Shown here piece after piece: positions 1 through 10,363 of a stretch of DNA of 64,000 nucleotides. This DNA comes from Pseudomonadota bacterium (lineage in GTDB: Bacteria; Bdellovibrionota_C; UBA2361; OMII01). The notes beneath the pieces are model-generated. The model ran no database searches. It was not told the origin of the DNA and was given only the letters and a program-made list of their open reading frames with translations. The position numbers and the translations under genes are program-made. How positions within the stretch are numbered: the first letter of the stretch is position 1; each line of letters opens with the position of its first letter. The DNA lies in assembly GCA_038134595.1 (NCBI GenBank), contig JAYPVM010000007.1, positions 32,001 to 96,000 on the forward strand. Direction: 5' to 3'.

Positions 1-246
1 CTACGGGAAGCTATTGAACGAGCGGTAGACGACCTACCAAAAGAATACAAAGCTATCTTCGTCCTACGAGACATCGATGGATTGTCGAATCAATCGGTTA
101 GTGAAGTCTTAGAACTTTCGGTGCCAGCCGTCAAAAGTCGCCTGCACAGGTCAAGACTACTTATGAGAGAGAAGCTACAGCCTCACTATGACGAACTATG
201 CAACAAGGCTGACGCGTGGGATGAGGCACAGATGTACGTGGTATAA
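1..246 (+). CDS. ECF-type RNA polymerase sigma factor, C-terminal region 4 (5'-truncated by window edge)
   Basis: Frame 1 translates to LREAIERAVDDLPKEYKAIFVLRDIDGLSNQSVSEVLELSVPAVKSRLHRSRLLMREKL, a typical ECF sigma region 4; stop TAA at 244-246. Not in the ORF track. Confidence 0.88.
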   Translation, partial: LREAIERAVDDLPKEYKAIFVLRDIDGLSNQSVSEVLELSVPAVKSRLHRSRLLMREKLQPHYDELCNKADAWDEAQMYVV

Positions 247-343
247 CTGAATACCTCCAACAGGTCGCAGCTCATGATACTACAATCTGTGCGCGGCCTT
301 ATCTTGCTCTGACCTCTATAGTGCGCTATTGAAACGTCTATCT

Positions 344-937
344 ATGACGTTTATATCAGCCTTCTATAATTTCTCGATCGAATTGAATCATGCAGACCGA
401 GGCATCTTCACATCGTTTCGAACCAAAGTGCCTAGACATGAATTAGAATCTTCAGAGCATTTTTTTGCCTCTATTCTTGCCTACTGCCACGCCTATACCC
501 CCGAGTTAAAGTTCTCAAACGCTTCGTCACCCGACGTTCCTTCGATGTGGGCCCATGACCCAGTTGGAAACGTGCTGACCTGGATTCAGGTGGGAGTCCC
601 TAAAAAGCGTCTACTTGAGCTCTCTTTGAAGCAAAATCCAGACACACAACACCTAGTGTATTTCTATAGAGAGGAAGACATAGCAAAATTCTGTCACTAT
701 CTACGGGGAAGCACCTCTAATTGGATTAAGCAGGTCACGTTCTATCAACTTTCTCTCGGCGTTCTCGAACAGCTCGGTGCAATAGAAGACACGAGTCCTA
801 GATGGAACATTTCATTTATCGATAACACAATCTATCTAACTATTAATTCTCTCGATATCGAATCTGAATTGACGCCGATTAATATGTGGGATGCATTTCA
901 AATATCTTTACTTAGCTCCCATGGCGCGGAACAGTAG
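344..937 (+). CDS. yaeQ: YaeQ family protein
   Basis: RHELES..HFFASILAY, PSMWAHDPVG..LTWIQVGVP resemble YaeQ motifs; ATG 344 preferred over TTG 329. Confidence 0.75.
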   Translation: MTFISAFYNFSIELNHADRGIFTSFRTKVPRHELESSEHFFASILAYCHAYTPELKFSNASSPDVPSMWAHDPVGNVLTWIQVGVPKKRLLELSLKQNPDTQHLVYFYREEDIAKFCHYLRGSTSNWIKQVTFYQLSLGVLEQLGAIEDTSPRWNISFIDNTIYLTINSLDIESELTPINMWDAFQISLLSSHGAEQ

Positions 938-978
938 TTGTTACGGTCGACTGTCCAAACTCTCGAATAATCGCCTCG

Positions 979-2187
979 CTATTCGTATCGCAAGGCGTCT
1001 AATGTCTCGATTTTTGAGGCACGCCAGGCTGGGCCAACGCCAAAGACAATTCCCACTAAAAGTGACATTGCAAACGCAGGCAGTAGAATCCACCATGGCG
1101 AGCGCATATCAAAGAGAGGAAAAAATGCATGAAGGATGTGTGTTAGACACAGTGCTCCCCCCACTCCAAGCACGCCACCTAAGACAGAGAGTCCGAGCGC
1201 CTCAGCCAAGAACTGCTGGAGGATGTCTCGACGAGTTGCTCCAACAGCTCGCCTAATGCCTATCTCCTGGGTACGCTCTACAACAGAAACCCACGTAATG
1301 TTCATGATGCCTATTCCACCAACTACAAGTGAAATTGCCGCAATAGCTGCTAGCACGTACGTTAGCATCGATAGAATTGTATTCAGACTCTCCATCATTG
1401 AAAGCTGCGTCAGGATCGTAAAATCCTCCTCTCCATCACGTCGTGCACGGAGAATCTCTCGAATCTCCTCAACTGCATCATCCATACTTACTCGAGATGA
1501 TGCTTTTGCACGAATCCCAAAGAGCTTGTCTTCATTAAACAACTTAAGCGCCGCTGTTGTTGGTATAAAAGCCAGTTCGTCAAAACTAAGACCCAACTTA
1601 TCGCCCATCGGAGCAAGGACTCCCACGATACGAAACTCACTCTCGTTTAACTTGATTCGCTTTCCAAGGGGATTCTCATCACCAAACAATTCTCGTGCGA
1701 TATTACGTCCGATAACTATCACCCGCCTTCGGTAGTCATTCTCTTCTCGAGTAAAATATCCACCCTGTCCTATAGCTATCGATAAGATCTCGGGGAATTG
1801 TTCGTTTGTTCCAAAAATCGTGATGTTACTCAATGATTCATCATAGCGAGCAGATACTGTGCCCAATACTAGTCCCGATACGGCCTCGATATTTCGCGCC
1901 TCGCGCTCAATCGCCGAGACATCGAGAACTGTCATCTTTCTTTGCGCCGCCCCTACGGGTGGGCCCATATGCGTCTTCTTATCCGATTTGCCCGGCTGGA
2001 CAACAATAAGATTAGTTCCTAGCCCCTCAAATTCCTTTAAGACATACCGCTTTGCACCCTCTCCAAGAGATACCAGCAACACAACAGCACCTACGCCGAT
2101 AACCATGCCAAGAATAGTTAAAAGAGTCCGTAGTTTTTGTGCCCACAAAGACTCCCATGACATTCGAACAATAGCCCTAGCCTGCAT
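979..2187 (-). CDS. MacB/FtsX-family ABC transporter permease
   Basis: RTLLTILGMVIGVGAVV, GGIGIMNI..VSVVERTQEIGIRRAVGA, C-terminal ALRYE; start placed at MQARAIVR. Confidence 0.93.
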   Translation of the reverse strand: MQARAIVRMSWESLWAQKLRTLLTILGMVIGVGAVVLLVSLGEGAKRYVLKEFEGLGTNLIVVQPGKSDKKTHMGPPVGAAQRKMTVLDVSAIEREARNIEAVSGLVLGTVSARYDESLSNITIFGTNEQFPEILSIAIGQGGYFTREENDYRRRVIVIGRNIARELFGDENPLGKRIKLNESEFRIVGVLAPMGDKLGLSFDELAFIPTTAALKLFNEDKLFGIRAKASSRVSMDDAVEEIREILRARRDGEEDFTILTQLSMMESLNTILSMLTYVLAAIAAISLVVGGIGIMNITWVSVVERTQEIGIRRAVGATRRDILQQFLAEALGLSVLGGVLGVGGALCLTHILHAFFPLFDMRSPWWILLPAFAMSLLVGIVFGVGPAWRASKIETLDALRYE

Positions 2188-2875
2188 AGGAATCTCCCAC
2201 GAGCGCTCCATCTTCAAGCACTAATTTTCTAGGCGCTCGTTCAGCAATACGGGGATCATGTGTGACGATTATAATCGTTACCCCCTCACTATGAAGCGAT
2301 TCGAAAAGACCTATAATCTCATTACCACTCTTAGAATCAAGATTCCCCGTTGGTTCGTCTGCAAATATTACCCGTGGCTTATTCACAATCGCTCGCGCGA
2401 TGGCGACCCTTTGGCGTTGGCCACCTGAAAGCTGGTTGGGAATATGCTCCATCCGATCTGCCAACCCAACTCTCTGCAATACCTGTCGCGCCATCTCTTC
2501 TTGCGCCTGCACATCAATAATTCCACCATGGGATGCCGAATATAAGAGAGGCATCATGACATTTTTTAAGGCTGTCGCTCTTGGTATGAGATGAAAACTC
2601 TGAAAAACAAACCCCATGTATACATTTCTTAAACGAGCTCTCTCGGCATCTGACAACATGCTTGTCGACGACTCTTGTACGAGATACTCTCCGGCTGAAG
2701 GGACATCAAGAAGCCCCATCATATACAACAACGTAGACTTTCCGCTTCCTGAAGCACCGGTTATAGCAACATACTCTCCCGCCTGTATCTGAACATTCAC
2801 AGAGCGAACTGCTGTGATTTTTTCATCTCCCCGATAAAAAACTTTCTCAACATCTCGAAGATCAAGGAGTGCCAT
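2177..2875 (-). CDS. ABC transporter ATP-binding protein (LolD/MacB type)
   Basis: Walker [10 protein letters not shown], signature LSGGQRQR, Walker [13 protein letters not shown]-loop VTHD. Confidence 0.95.
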   Translation of the reverse strand: MALLDLRDVEKVFYRGDEKITAVRSVNVQIQAGEYVAITGASGSGKSTLLYMMGLLDVPSAGEYLVQESSTSMLSDAERARLRNVYMGFVFQSFHLIPRATALKNVMMPLLYSASHGGIIDVQAQEEMARQVLQRVGLADRMEHIPNQLSGGQRQRVAIARAIVNKPRVIFADEPTGNLDSKSGNEIIGLFESLHSEGVTIIIVTHDPRIAERAPRKLVLEDGALVGDSYAG

Positions 2876-2881
2876 AGTCTC

Positions 2882-3901
2882 TTACTCCTGAATCTCGATA
2901 TCCATCTGATCTTTTAACTCAAACTTATCCGAAGGCATCGCAATAACATCGTGTAACTTCAAACCATGCACAATCTCTGTAGAGACAAATCCACTAATAC
3001 CGACTTGCACCTCTCGTTTTTCCAACTGACCAGACCGAACCACGTATACATGGCGTTTTCCTCCCCGTCCCAAAACAGCTTGCGACGGCGCAACTAAAAC
3101 ATCCTGCTTATGCTCTGTAACGATTTCAACATCGGCAGATGCCCCTACCGGGAGTAAAATCTCTTCGCTATCGATGGCAAGCTCAACTGCGGTAGTGCGG
3201 TCCTGCTCTCGAGCGCTACTGACAAATGGCACAACTTTGCGAACAGACCCCAAAAACGGCTCGCGACGAACAGCTAGGATCTTAATTCGCGCCTCTTGTC
3301 CAATTGCAATCTTGGAACTATCAACTTCATCTATCTCCACAGAGATATACCGTGGTTGCGTATCAACGATTCGTAGTGCTGGCGAAGGAATGACGGCGGT
3401 AATCTGAGAAAGTTGGCCAACCTCTAAATTACGCTCCACTATAATACCATTAAAAGGCGCCTTAATCAGGCTTTTCTCATACGCAATGCGAGCCGAATCA
3501 AAGAAGCCTTGCGCCTGAATAACAGTGCTCCGAGAAGCCGCTCGACTTTTCTCTAAACGCTCTGCTCGAGCAAGCTCTTCGCGGGCAACGCCAAGTTGTG
3601 AATGCAAATCATCGTTTTCTATCTCAGCCAAGATACTGCCGGCTGTTACAGCATCGCCAAGTGAAACAGCAACACGCTTAACCCTGCCTACTGCTCCAAA
3701 AGCTAGTTCAGCTACCTGCTCAGCTTCTACGGTGCCAGAATTTACTCCCACAACGACCGCCTCCACCTCGCCCTGTTCTACCGAGGCGATACGTATCAAT
3801 GCAGATTTTCGGCATCCCGATACGACACACAAAAGAAAAACAGCTATTGGAACAACAATAATCAGGCGAGTTTTGGACACGTTCATATCAAATACTACCA
3901 A
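2882..3901 (-). CDS. MacA-like periplasmic adaptor (membrane fusion) subunit
   Basis: N-terminal hydrophobic segment with possible lipobox VSGC, biotinyl-lipoyl-like halves (GRVKRVAVSLGDAV; IKAPFNGII), adjacent to ABC genes. Confidence 0.88.
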   Translation of the reverse strand: MVVFDMNVSKTRLIIVVPIAVFLLCVVSGCRKSALIRIASVEQGEVEAVVVGVNSGTVEAEQVAELAFGAVGRVKRVAVSLGDAVTAGSILAEIENDDLHSQLGVAREELARAERLEKSRAASRSTVIQAQGFFDSARIAYEKSLIKAPFNGIIVERNLEVGQLSQITAVIPSPALRIVDTQPRYISVEIDEVDSSKIAIGQEARIKILAVRREPFLGSVRKVVPFVSSAREQDRTTAVELAIDSEEILLPVGASADVEIVTEHKQDVLVAPSQAVLGRGGKRHVYVVRSGQLEKREVQVGISGFVSTEIVHGLKLHDVIAMPSDKFELKDQMDIEIQE

Positions 3902-4114
3902 AGCGTTCTCAACACACGGTGGATATACTACAAATGGGATACCACAAAAGGAGTTGGGACAACACTAACCTCATTATCTAACGAACGACACTTGTCGTAG
4001 TACGCTCAAACTCTTCGAACGCCCATAAACGAACTCTAAGAGGCTCTGCACTAAGGTCATTATTATCAGCTAGTTATCTCATCGGGGGTTTGAAGAAAAT
4101 CCTTCTTTGAAAAG

Positions 4115-4654
4115 ATGACATCAAAGGTAAAGGTATCACAACTGCGTGTCGATCCACTCCTGGTAAGGAACCGTCCAATGAATACATTATTTCCTAAAAA
4201 CGCCACGCGAAGACTACCAAACACGGAAGCCACTATCCAACATAATGATCTCAACTCATTAGCCGTTCCGGAGCAGCCAGGCTTGGAACTACCACTACCA
4301 GAACACTCCCCCCAAACGGTCACTAGCAAACACAGTGGATCTACACAAATCGGCCTCAGTGATTTCAACTGTACCATTGTAGAAAACCGGATCACTGTCG
4401 CGATTGCCGGCCAAGAACTAACAGAAAGGTCTCGGGGATTCCTAGCTCGCCTAGCTAGACGCGGAAGCTCCAGGCAAGTTGATCTAACAACAGAATTTAC
4501 AGTTGGCTCCGATGAATGTCCCACGTGGGGGGACGCAAACAAAATCCTTGGTGCTCTCAAAACGATGCTTCAGATAACAGATGGCTATATCAACAACGGT
4601 TACCGCAAAGCTGTTCAATCCAGGCTTGCGCAAACAAAATCCTTAGTCGCTTAA
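4115..4654 (+). CDS. hypothetical protein
   Basis: 179-aa ORF filling the gap between known genes, stop overlaps the stop of the convergent permease; start uncertain, no family recognised. Confidence 0.45.
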   Translation: MTSKVKVSQLRVDPLLVRNRPMNTLFPKNATRRLPNTEATIQHNDLNSLAVPEQPGLELPLPEHSPQTVTSKHSGSTQIGLSDFNCTIVENRITVAIAGQELTERSRGFLARLARRGSSRQVDLTTEFTVGSDECPTWGDANKILGALKTMLQITDGYINNGYRKAVQSRLAQTKSLVA

Positions 4655-7050
4655 AGATCTCGAAGCATCATCACTATAAGCATCGCAAATCCTATCACCA
4701 AAGCAAAAGGAGTTCCCACTCGAACGAAATCTCTTGCCTTATATCCACCTGCTCCTGTAACGAGCAGATTAGCACGACAGCTAGTCGGAAGCATAAATGA
4801 CAAGGAGCTTCCCAGAGTGATTGCGGTCAGTAATGCTGTTGGAGAAATATCACTATATCGACCCAACTCCAAAGCTAAGGGCCCCAAAAATATCACACCT
4901 ATTGAATTATCCGTCGTTTGGCTAATCAAGCTTCCAGCTACAAGAAAACCTATCGCCAGTACCAACGGTGGTAGTGTGCTCGCAGCCCCCTGAACCATCG
5001 GAACCAAATTGGCAGAGGAAATTATGTGCTCAACGGCGTGTCCTAGAGGTATCATCAACGCCAGAAGAAACACGACTCGCCAGTCGATCTCTCTATACAC
5101 CTGCTCCATCGTGATAGCACCGGTCAGCACCACGATACCTGCGGATAAGAACGCCGCTTCATGCGGTGGCATACCGGTCAAAAGCGGAACAAACATCAGC
5201 ATAAGAAGGGCTAGTACTGCAAAACCAGACTTAGGGCTTAATTGCGGAGTGCGGCGATGTTCAGACAAGAGAAGCACATCGGGATCCTTTGCCATTACCG
5301 GCAAATTCTTTCGTGGCCCCTGCACAAGCAATGCATCACCATAAAGAAGCGGCAATCCAGACGATAGCGAAAGCATTGGTTTTCCATTGCGCCAAAGAGC
5401 TATTACTTGATACCCATACTTTTCCCTAAAGTGTAGATCAGAGAGCGTCTTTCCTATGAGCTCCGAGCGAGGGGTCAAGATAAGCTCTACAATTCCTACA
5501 TCATCAGACTCAATCTCCGACGAACCGGCTTCCGCCTCAAACATCAACGTGCTTAAGCCTTCTCTGCGTTTAACATCTTCAATGTCGCCACTAACTAAAT
5601 ATCGCTCCCCCTCTCGCAACACATGATCTGCCGTCAAATGAGCGATAGAAGAAGACGTGGAATCCGGAGCACCTCCGCTAACATCAAACCATTCGATCGT
5701 ATTCTCGTTTGTAATTCGTCCCAAAATAGAGAGCTTCGTATCATGCGCTAAGCGATGCAAAGGCGCACCAGCCCATCCACCCTTGGTAATCGAAATCATA
5801 TAGAGTGCTTTCGATAGCGTCCGATTAAGATCTGTGATTTGCGTCACCTCGAGATCTAACTTCGATGATTCTTCCCGGTAGCGCTCAGGTATACAGCCGA
5901 TAATGACATCGCCCCGATGAACCATAGAGTCAAGAAACCAACTCGGGGGACGAGACTCCCACGCATCCTGCTTCGTTGTTCTGTCAACTGCTAATGGCAG
6001 AATCCCAGTCGTCTTAACGAGTTCTCGCAACAAGATGACCCTGTCATCTGTATGGACCTCCTCGATAGCACACCCTACCACCTGAAAATTCTGGCCTATC
6101 GCTTCAACAATATCTCTCGGAACAGAATCAATCGATAAGCCCTGCAATGCTTGTATCTGTTCAAATCTATCTGGATTTCCTCGTACTAACAAAACATCTC
6201 TGTTGTGTAGCTTTTCATGAGCTGTTGGTGACAACAGCTTACGGCCACCTCGAATAATAGTAACGACAGTGCCTCCGATAAAATTACCGAGGCGCACTTC
6301 GCCAAGGGTCGCACCGTCTAGAGACGAATCATCGGGTACCCGCACAGAAAAGATCCTATCTTGCAAATGATAAAGGGTGCGTAAGTCGGTTATCCTGCGG
6401 GTTACTCCGTGTGTCTTTCGAACAGGTAAAAGCTTATAACCAAATGAAACCATAAAGAGGATTCCGGCTCCCAGCGCCGCAAATGCATACGGCGCGTACT
6501 CAAAGAAGGAAAACGTCTCCATACCTCGATGACGAGCCAACTCAGCCGCTAGTATGTTTGGGGGAGACCCGATAATTGTGATCATTCCTCCAATCGTCAC
6601 CGAAAAGGCAAGTGGTATAAACAATCGTGAGGGAGGGATATTAACCTCTCGTGACAAAACAGCGACTGCCGGCATCAACAATGTCGCCGCTGATACGTTA
6701 TTCATGCACGATGAGAGCAAGGCTGAAACTACCATAATGACAGCAATCGAAACCCTTTCATTAGCTCCGGCATGGCGCTGAATAAAGCGAGCGATCGCAT
6801 CGCTTACCCCCGTCACCCGTAACGCCCCGGCAACAAACAAGGTGGAGACCATTACCACTACGACAGGAGAAGAGAAGCCAGCAAATGCCTCCTCTGTAGA
6901 TACGTATCCGCCAAGAAGCAAGATAATAACGACGGCCATCGCCGTTACATCAACCGGTAGCCGCTCAGTAACAAACAGCACCACCATGGTCACGACAACC
7001 GCTAAAAGCAACCACGAATGCGCAGATATCTGCAAAAGTAGCGGTGTCAT
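4651..7050 (-). CDS. SLC13/CitMHS-like permease with TrkA-C (RCK_C) domains
   Basis: TERLPVD start, SSCMNNVSA, TIIGSPPNI, SELIGKTLSDLHFREKYG (TrkA-C), C-terminal GAGGYKARDFVRVGTP. Confidence 0.9.
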   Translation of the reverse strand: MTPLLLQISAHSWLLLAVVVTMVVLFVTERLPVDVTAMAVVIILLLGGYVSTEEAFAGFSSPVVVVMVSTLFVAGALRVTGVSDAIARFIQRHAGANERVSIAVIMVVSALLSSCMNNVSAATLLMPAVAVLSREVNIPPSRLFIPLAFSVTIGGMITIIGSPPNILAAELARHRGMETFSFFEYAPYAFAALGAGILFMVSFGYKLLPVRKTHGVTRRITDLRTLYHLQDRIFSVRVPDDSSLDGATLGEVRLGNFIGGTVVTIIRGGRKLLSPTAHEKLHNRDVLLVRGNPDRFEQIQALQGLSIDSVPRDIVEAIGQNFQVVGCAIEEVHTDDRVILLRELVKTTGILPLAVDRTTKQDAWESRPPSWFLDSMVHRGDVIIGCIPERYREESSKLDLEVTQITDLNRTLSKALYMISITKGGWAGAPLHRLAHDTKLSILGRITNENTIEWFDVSGGAPDSTSSSIAHLTADHVLREGERYLVSGDIEDVKRREGLSTLMFEAEAGSSEIESDDVGIVELILTPRSELIGKTLSDLHFREKYGYQVIALWRNGKPMLSLSSGLPLLYGDALLVQGPRKNLPVMAKDPDVLLLSEHRRTPQLSPKSGFAVLALLMLMFVPLLTGMPPHEAAFLSAGIVVLTGAITMEQVYREIDWRVVFLLALMIPLGHAVEHIISSANLVPMVQGAASTLPPLVLAIGFLVAGSLISQTTDNSIGVIFLGPLALELGRYSDISPTALLTAITLGSSLSFMLPTSCRANLLVTGAGGYKARDFVRVGTPFALVIGFAMLIVMMLRDL

Positions 7051-7138
7051 AACCTCACGCTGTCAAAATTATTCGCCGTTTATACCCGAAGACCACGGAG
7101 CACACTCCATAACTACCTAAAACGATCGTATATTTATT

Positions 7139-8761
7139 TTATGTCGTGGCAACGCGATACCGATCTTCAAACACAGTCGCACCAGGCTCAACAACCAATC
7201 GATTGTTTGCGACAAGGTGTCTGGCGATACGAAATATCATCTCTATCGCATCAGGCTTTCCGAGAGCTGCCGCGATTTCAACGGCCGTTATGGGATTACT
7301 AGAGACGGTTAGATGCGATAGAATCTCGCCCTGCAGAGCGAGAATATCCGATGCCGCCTTTTTACCTGCTTCCACCCCAGGTTGATGATACGCGTTGACA
7401 TTTATGAGCTCTGCATAAAGGCCGACAGCACGCTCGAATAGCGCTATCAACATTCCAATAGTATACTCATTTACCTCGGGTATGGTCACCGAAATGCTCT
7501 CACGACCATTTTCATACAGGGCTGAGCGGGTTCCTAGATAAAATCCTGTGAGGTAATCGCCGCTAGTAACTGCGGGCTCTACTTCAATCTCCTCGGGCGC
7601 AAAGGTAACAGGAAAATCAGATAGCACTGTCTGTGAGGATCGATCGCGTAGGACCTCTATAAAAACGGTGAAAAAATTATGTACCCCTTCTCGCAACTGT
7701 TGCACGTAAGCGTGTTGATCTGTGGAACCCTTGTTGCCATACACGGCCAGACCCTGATTGACACACGTGCCGGTCCTGTCAAACTCCTTACCCAAACTCT
7801 CCATAACAAGCTGCTGCAGATACTTACTAAACAGCTCCAGCCTATCTTTGTAGGGAAGCACCACCATATCTTTTGAGCCTCGACCGCATCCACAATGATA
7901 CCACCCTAATGCCATAAGAGCCGCCGGATTCTGTCGCATGTCAGTGTTGCGAGTCATCTGGTCCATATACCGTGCGCCAGCTAGGAGCTTGTCGATGTCA
8001 AATCCTTGCAACGCTAGAGGCAAAAGACCAACGGCACTAAACTCACTCGTACGGCCGCCGACCCAATCCCACATTGGAAAGCGCTCTAGCCAACCCTCTT
8101 CTCTAGCTGTTGCATCAAGCGCGCTTCCCTCTCCAGTGACCGCCACAAAATGGCGCGAGAAGTCAATTCCAGCAGCTTCAAACGCCTTCTTAGCAACCAA
8201 CTGACCGTTGCGCGTCTCTTTTGTGCCACCTGATTTTGAAATAACAATGACTAGTGTCTTTGACAGCGCGGGAATTCTCGCTATGGTCGCTGCCATGCCA
8301 TCTGGATCGGTATTATCCAAAAATGAGATCGAAAGTTTATCACGAGTAGACGACAATGCTTGCGTTACAAACTGGGGGCCTAAAGCCGATCCGCCAATAC
8401 CTATCACCAAAATGTGCTCAAACCGTCCATTGTCATTCGGTCGAATCTCTCCGCTATGAATCCGCGCGGCAAAATCTCTGATCTTCGAAAGCACAACATT
8501 AATGGCATTAACTATCTCCTCTGATGGAGCCCGAGCACTATCACGTAACCAATAATGCCCGACCATTCGACCCTCATCGGGGTTGGCGATGCTTCCCTCT
8601 TCAAGCCTTGCCATAGCACCCACAGCATCCTCGATCCGAGACTCCATTGCCTGTTCGTATTCTGAAGAATAATTTAAGCGACTTGTATCGAGCGCAAAGC
8701 CACTCTGCGCATCGTACATAAATCTCTCTTGGAATATTTCCCAACTGACAAGGTGTGACAT
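7139..8761 (-). CDS. pgi: glucose-6-phosphate isomerase
   Basis: IGIGGSALGP, ISKSGGTKET, DWVGGRTS, QQLVMESLGKE, QPGVEAGK; ATG at 8761 has GGAGA upstream. Confidence 0.97.
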   Translation of the reverse strand: MSHLVSWEIFQERFMYDAQSGFALDTSRLNYSSEYEQAMESRIEDAVGAMARLEEGSIANPDEGRMVGHYWLRDSARAPSEEIVNAINVVLSKIRDFAARIHSGEIRPNDNGRFEHILVIGIGGSALGPQFVTQALSSTRDKLSISFLDNTDPDGMAATIARIPALSKTLVIVISKSGGTKETRNGQLVAKKAFEAAGIDFSRHFVAVTGEGSALDATAREEGWLERFPMWDWVGGRTSEFSAVGLLPLALQGFDIDKLLAGARYMDQMTRNTDMRQNPAALMALGWYHCGCGRGSKDMVVLPYKDRLELFSKYLQQLVMESLGKEFDRTGTCVNQGLAVYGNKGSTDQHAYVQQLREGVHNFFTVFIEVLRDRSSQTVLSDFPVTFAPEEIEVEPAVTSGDYLTGFYLGTRSALYENGRESISVTIPEVNEYTIGMLIALFERAVGLYAELINVNAYHQPGVEAGKKAASDILALQGEILSHLTVSSNPITAVEIAAALGKPDAIEMIFRIARHLVANNRLVVEPGATVFEDRYRVATT

Positions 8762-9497
8762 ACCGAATTCTCCTACCAATCCAATTCTTGTCACCTATCA
8801 TGCTAAAAGAGATTCAAACCCTCAAGGAATAGATTAAAAAAACCGACGATTTAGTGGGGTAACCGATGAGCCCGGGTCACACCCAAAGGCAGGTGTCTGC
8901 TGTTTTGGATCATAGACGGAACTCTTAGGGGTACGTGAAAACAGACTTGGTAGTCCGTCCATCAGTAAAGTTGTAACATGCACCAATATACGCAATCGCA
9001 AACAGACCTGCCTCTCTTTACTTTTTACTCCGCACGCACGGCCTCGAAGAACTCCGGCACAAACAACCCAGCACAATACCCTCCACGCTCTATGCTCCCC
9101 TATATGCCCGTACACAGAACGAGTCCCATTGATTTTAATGGCTCTCTCCTATCGTCTACATTAGGACCTCGTTTAAAGTCACCCTACACATTGCTCCCGT
9201 TAACCACCCCTCTCACACACAATTGTCTAGCTAACGCCTCTACAGAAGGGGCTATTCCAGCAACTTCACAGATCCAAGGAGCCTTATACCTAGCAAGACT
9301 TTCAATACAAAACATCGGTTCAACCAAAAATCTTTTGGTCATCTCCCGCGAGGACTGGACTAAATCAAACAAAATCACTACATTAAACGCCTACCTCCAA
9401 GACAAGTGTGAGAGAAACTCTGCGAACCAGGTATCGAACCCGTCGCAACTATTCATAACTTGGGGTAGTTGGTGTTGTCTGACATCAAGGAGGGTTC

Positions 9498-10181
9498 ATG
9501 GGCGCCCATAAACAGCCTCAATTAGGGGATAGGATTGTACTGATGATAAAACAAAATCTAGTTTTCCTCAGAGAATTTCTTCTAGAATTTAAGACAACTG
9601 GCGCGTGTTTTCCAACCTCGAAGTGGGCGGCCCAAGCCCTCATTAAACCCCTGCGCGACACAAATCGAAAACCGATGCGAATTCTTGAGCTCGGTCCGGG
9701 TACGGGCTCGGTGACGCTTCCAATACTTCGCGAACTACGAGAAGGTGATACCCTTACAATTTGTGAGATCAATCCCCGTTTTATGAAGGTATTGAAGGAA
9801 ACACTCGAGAAACAAGAAGATTTTAGAAACAAGAGGACACAGGTCGAGTTTTTCTTAGGTCCTGCCCAAGCCATCCCAGTTACTGAGCCATACGATATGA
9901 TCGTTTGCGCACTCCCATTTCTAAACTTCGATCTACCTATGGTACAAGAAATCTTTGCCAAACTACGGCAAGTAAGCACGCCGAACACCCTTATGACTTA
10001 CTACGAATACATCGGGGCTCGACAATTTAACCAAGCACTTGCGGCCAATAAACACAAAGAACGGATCTCGCTAGTCAATGGTTTCTTAAGAAACTCAAAC
10101 AACGTACAAAACCTAGACTGCAGAAAAGTCTGGCTCAACCTACTCCCTATCAGCATCTATACGGTCAAGCCCGCGGCGTAA
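9498..10181 (+). CDS. class I SAM-dependent methyltransferase, PmtA-like (phospholipid N-methyltransferase family)
   Basis: TGACFPTSKWAA N-terminal motif, ILELGPGTG motif I, CEINP, IVCALPFLNF, C-terminal VWLNLLP; GGAGG upstream. Confidence 0.75.
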   Translation: MGAHKQPQLGDRIVLMIKQNLVFLREFLLEFKTTGACFPTSKWAAQALIKPLRDTNRKPMRILELGPGTGSVTLPILRELREGDTLTICEINPRFMKVLKETLEKQEDFRNKRTQVEFFLGPAQAIPVTEPYDMIVCALPFLNFDLPMVQEIFAKLRQVSTPNTLMTYYEYIGARQFNQALAANKHKERISLVNGFLRNSNNVQNLDCRKVWLNLLPISIYTVKPAA

Positions 10182-10363
10182 CCTAAGGATAGCAGATCCT
10201 CAGGATTACTATAGACACGCTACCACTGCAAAGCACTCTTAATGAGGGAAAACCCCAAGAATCTCAATAAACATGGCTCTTGCTAATTCCATGGTTAGTT
10301 GAATCGCGACGCGCAAAGTGACAACGGACAGAAGTATCGTATCACGATAAATCTGAGATAAGA

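Noticed and set aside
9420..9490. GGTTCGA T-loop-like motif on the minus strand
   Set aside because: No acceptor stem, D arm or anticodon arm can be built; not a tRNA
8978..9511. 177-aa ORF between pgi and the methyltransferase
   Set aside because: No recognisable motif, Ser/Thr/Pro-rich composition, no clear RBS, and it overlaps the next gene's start; cannot be supported as coding
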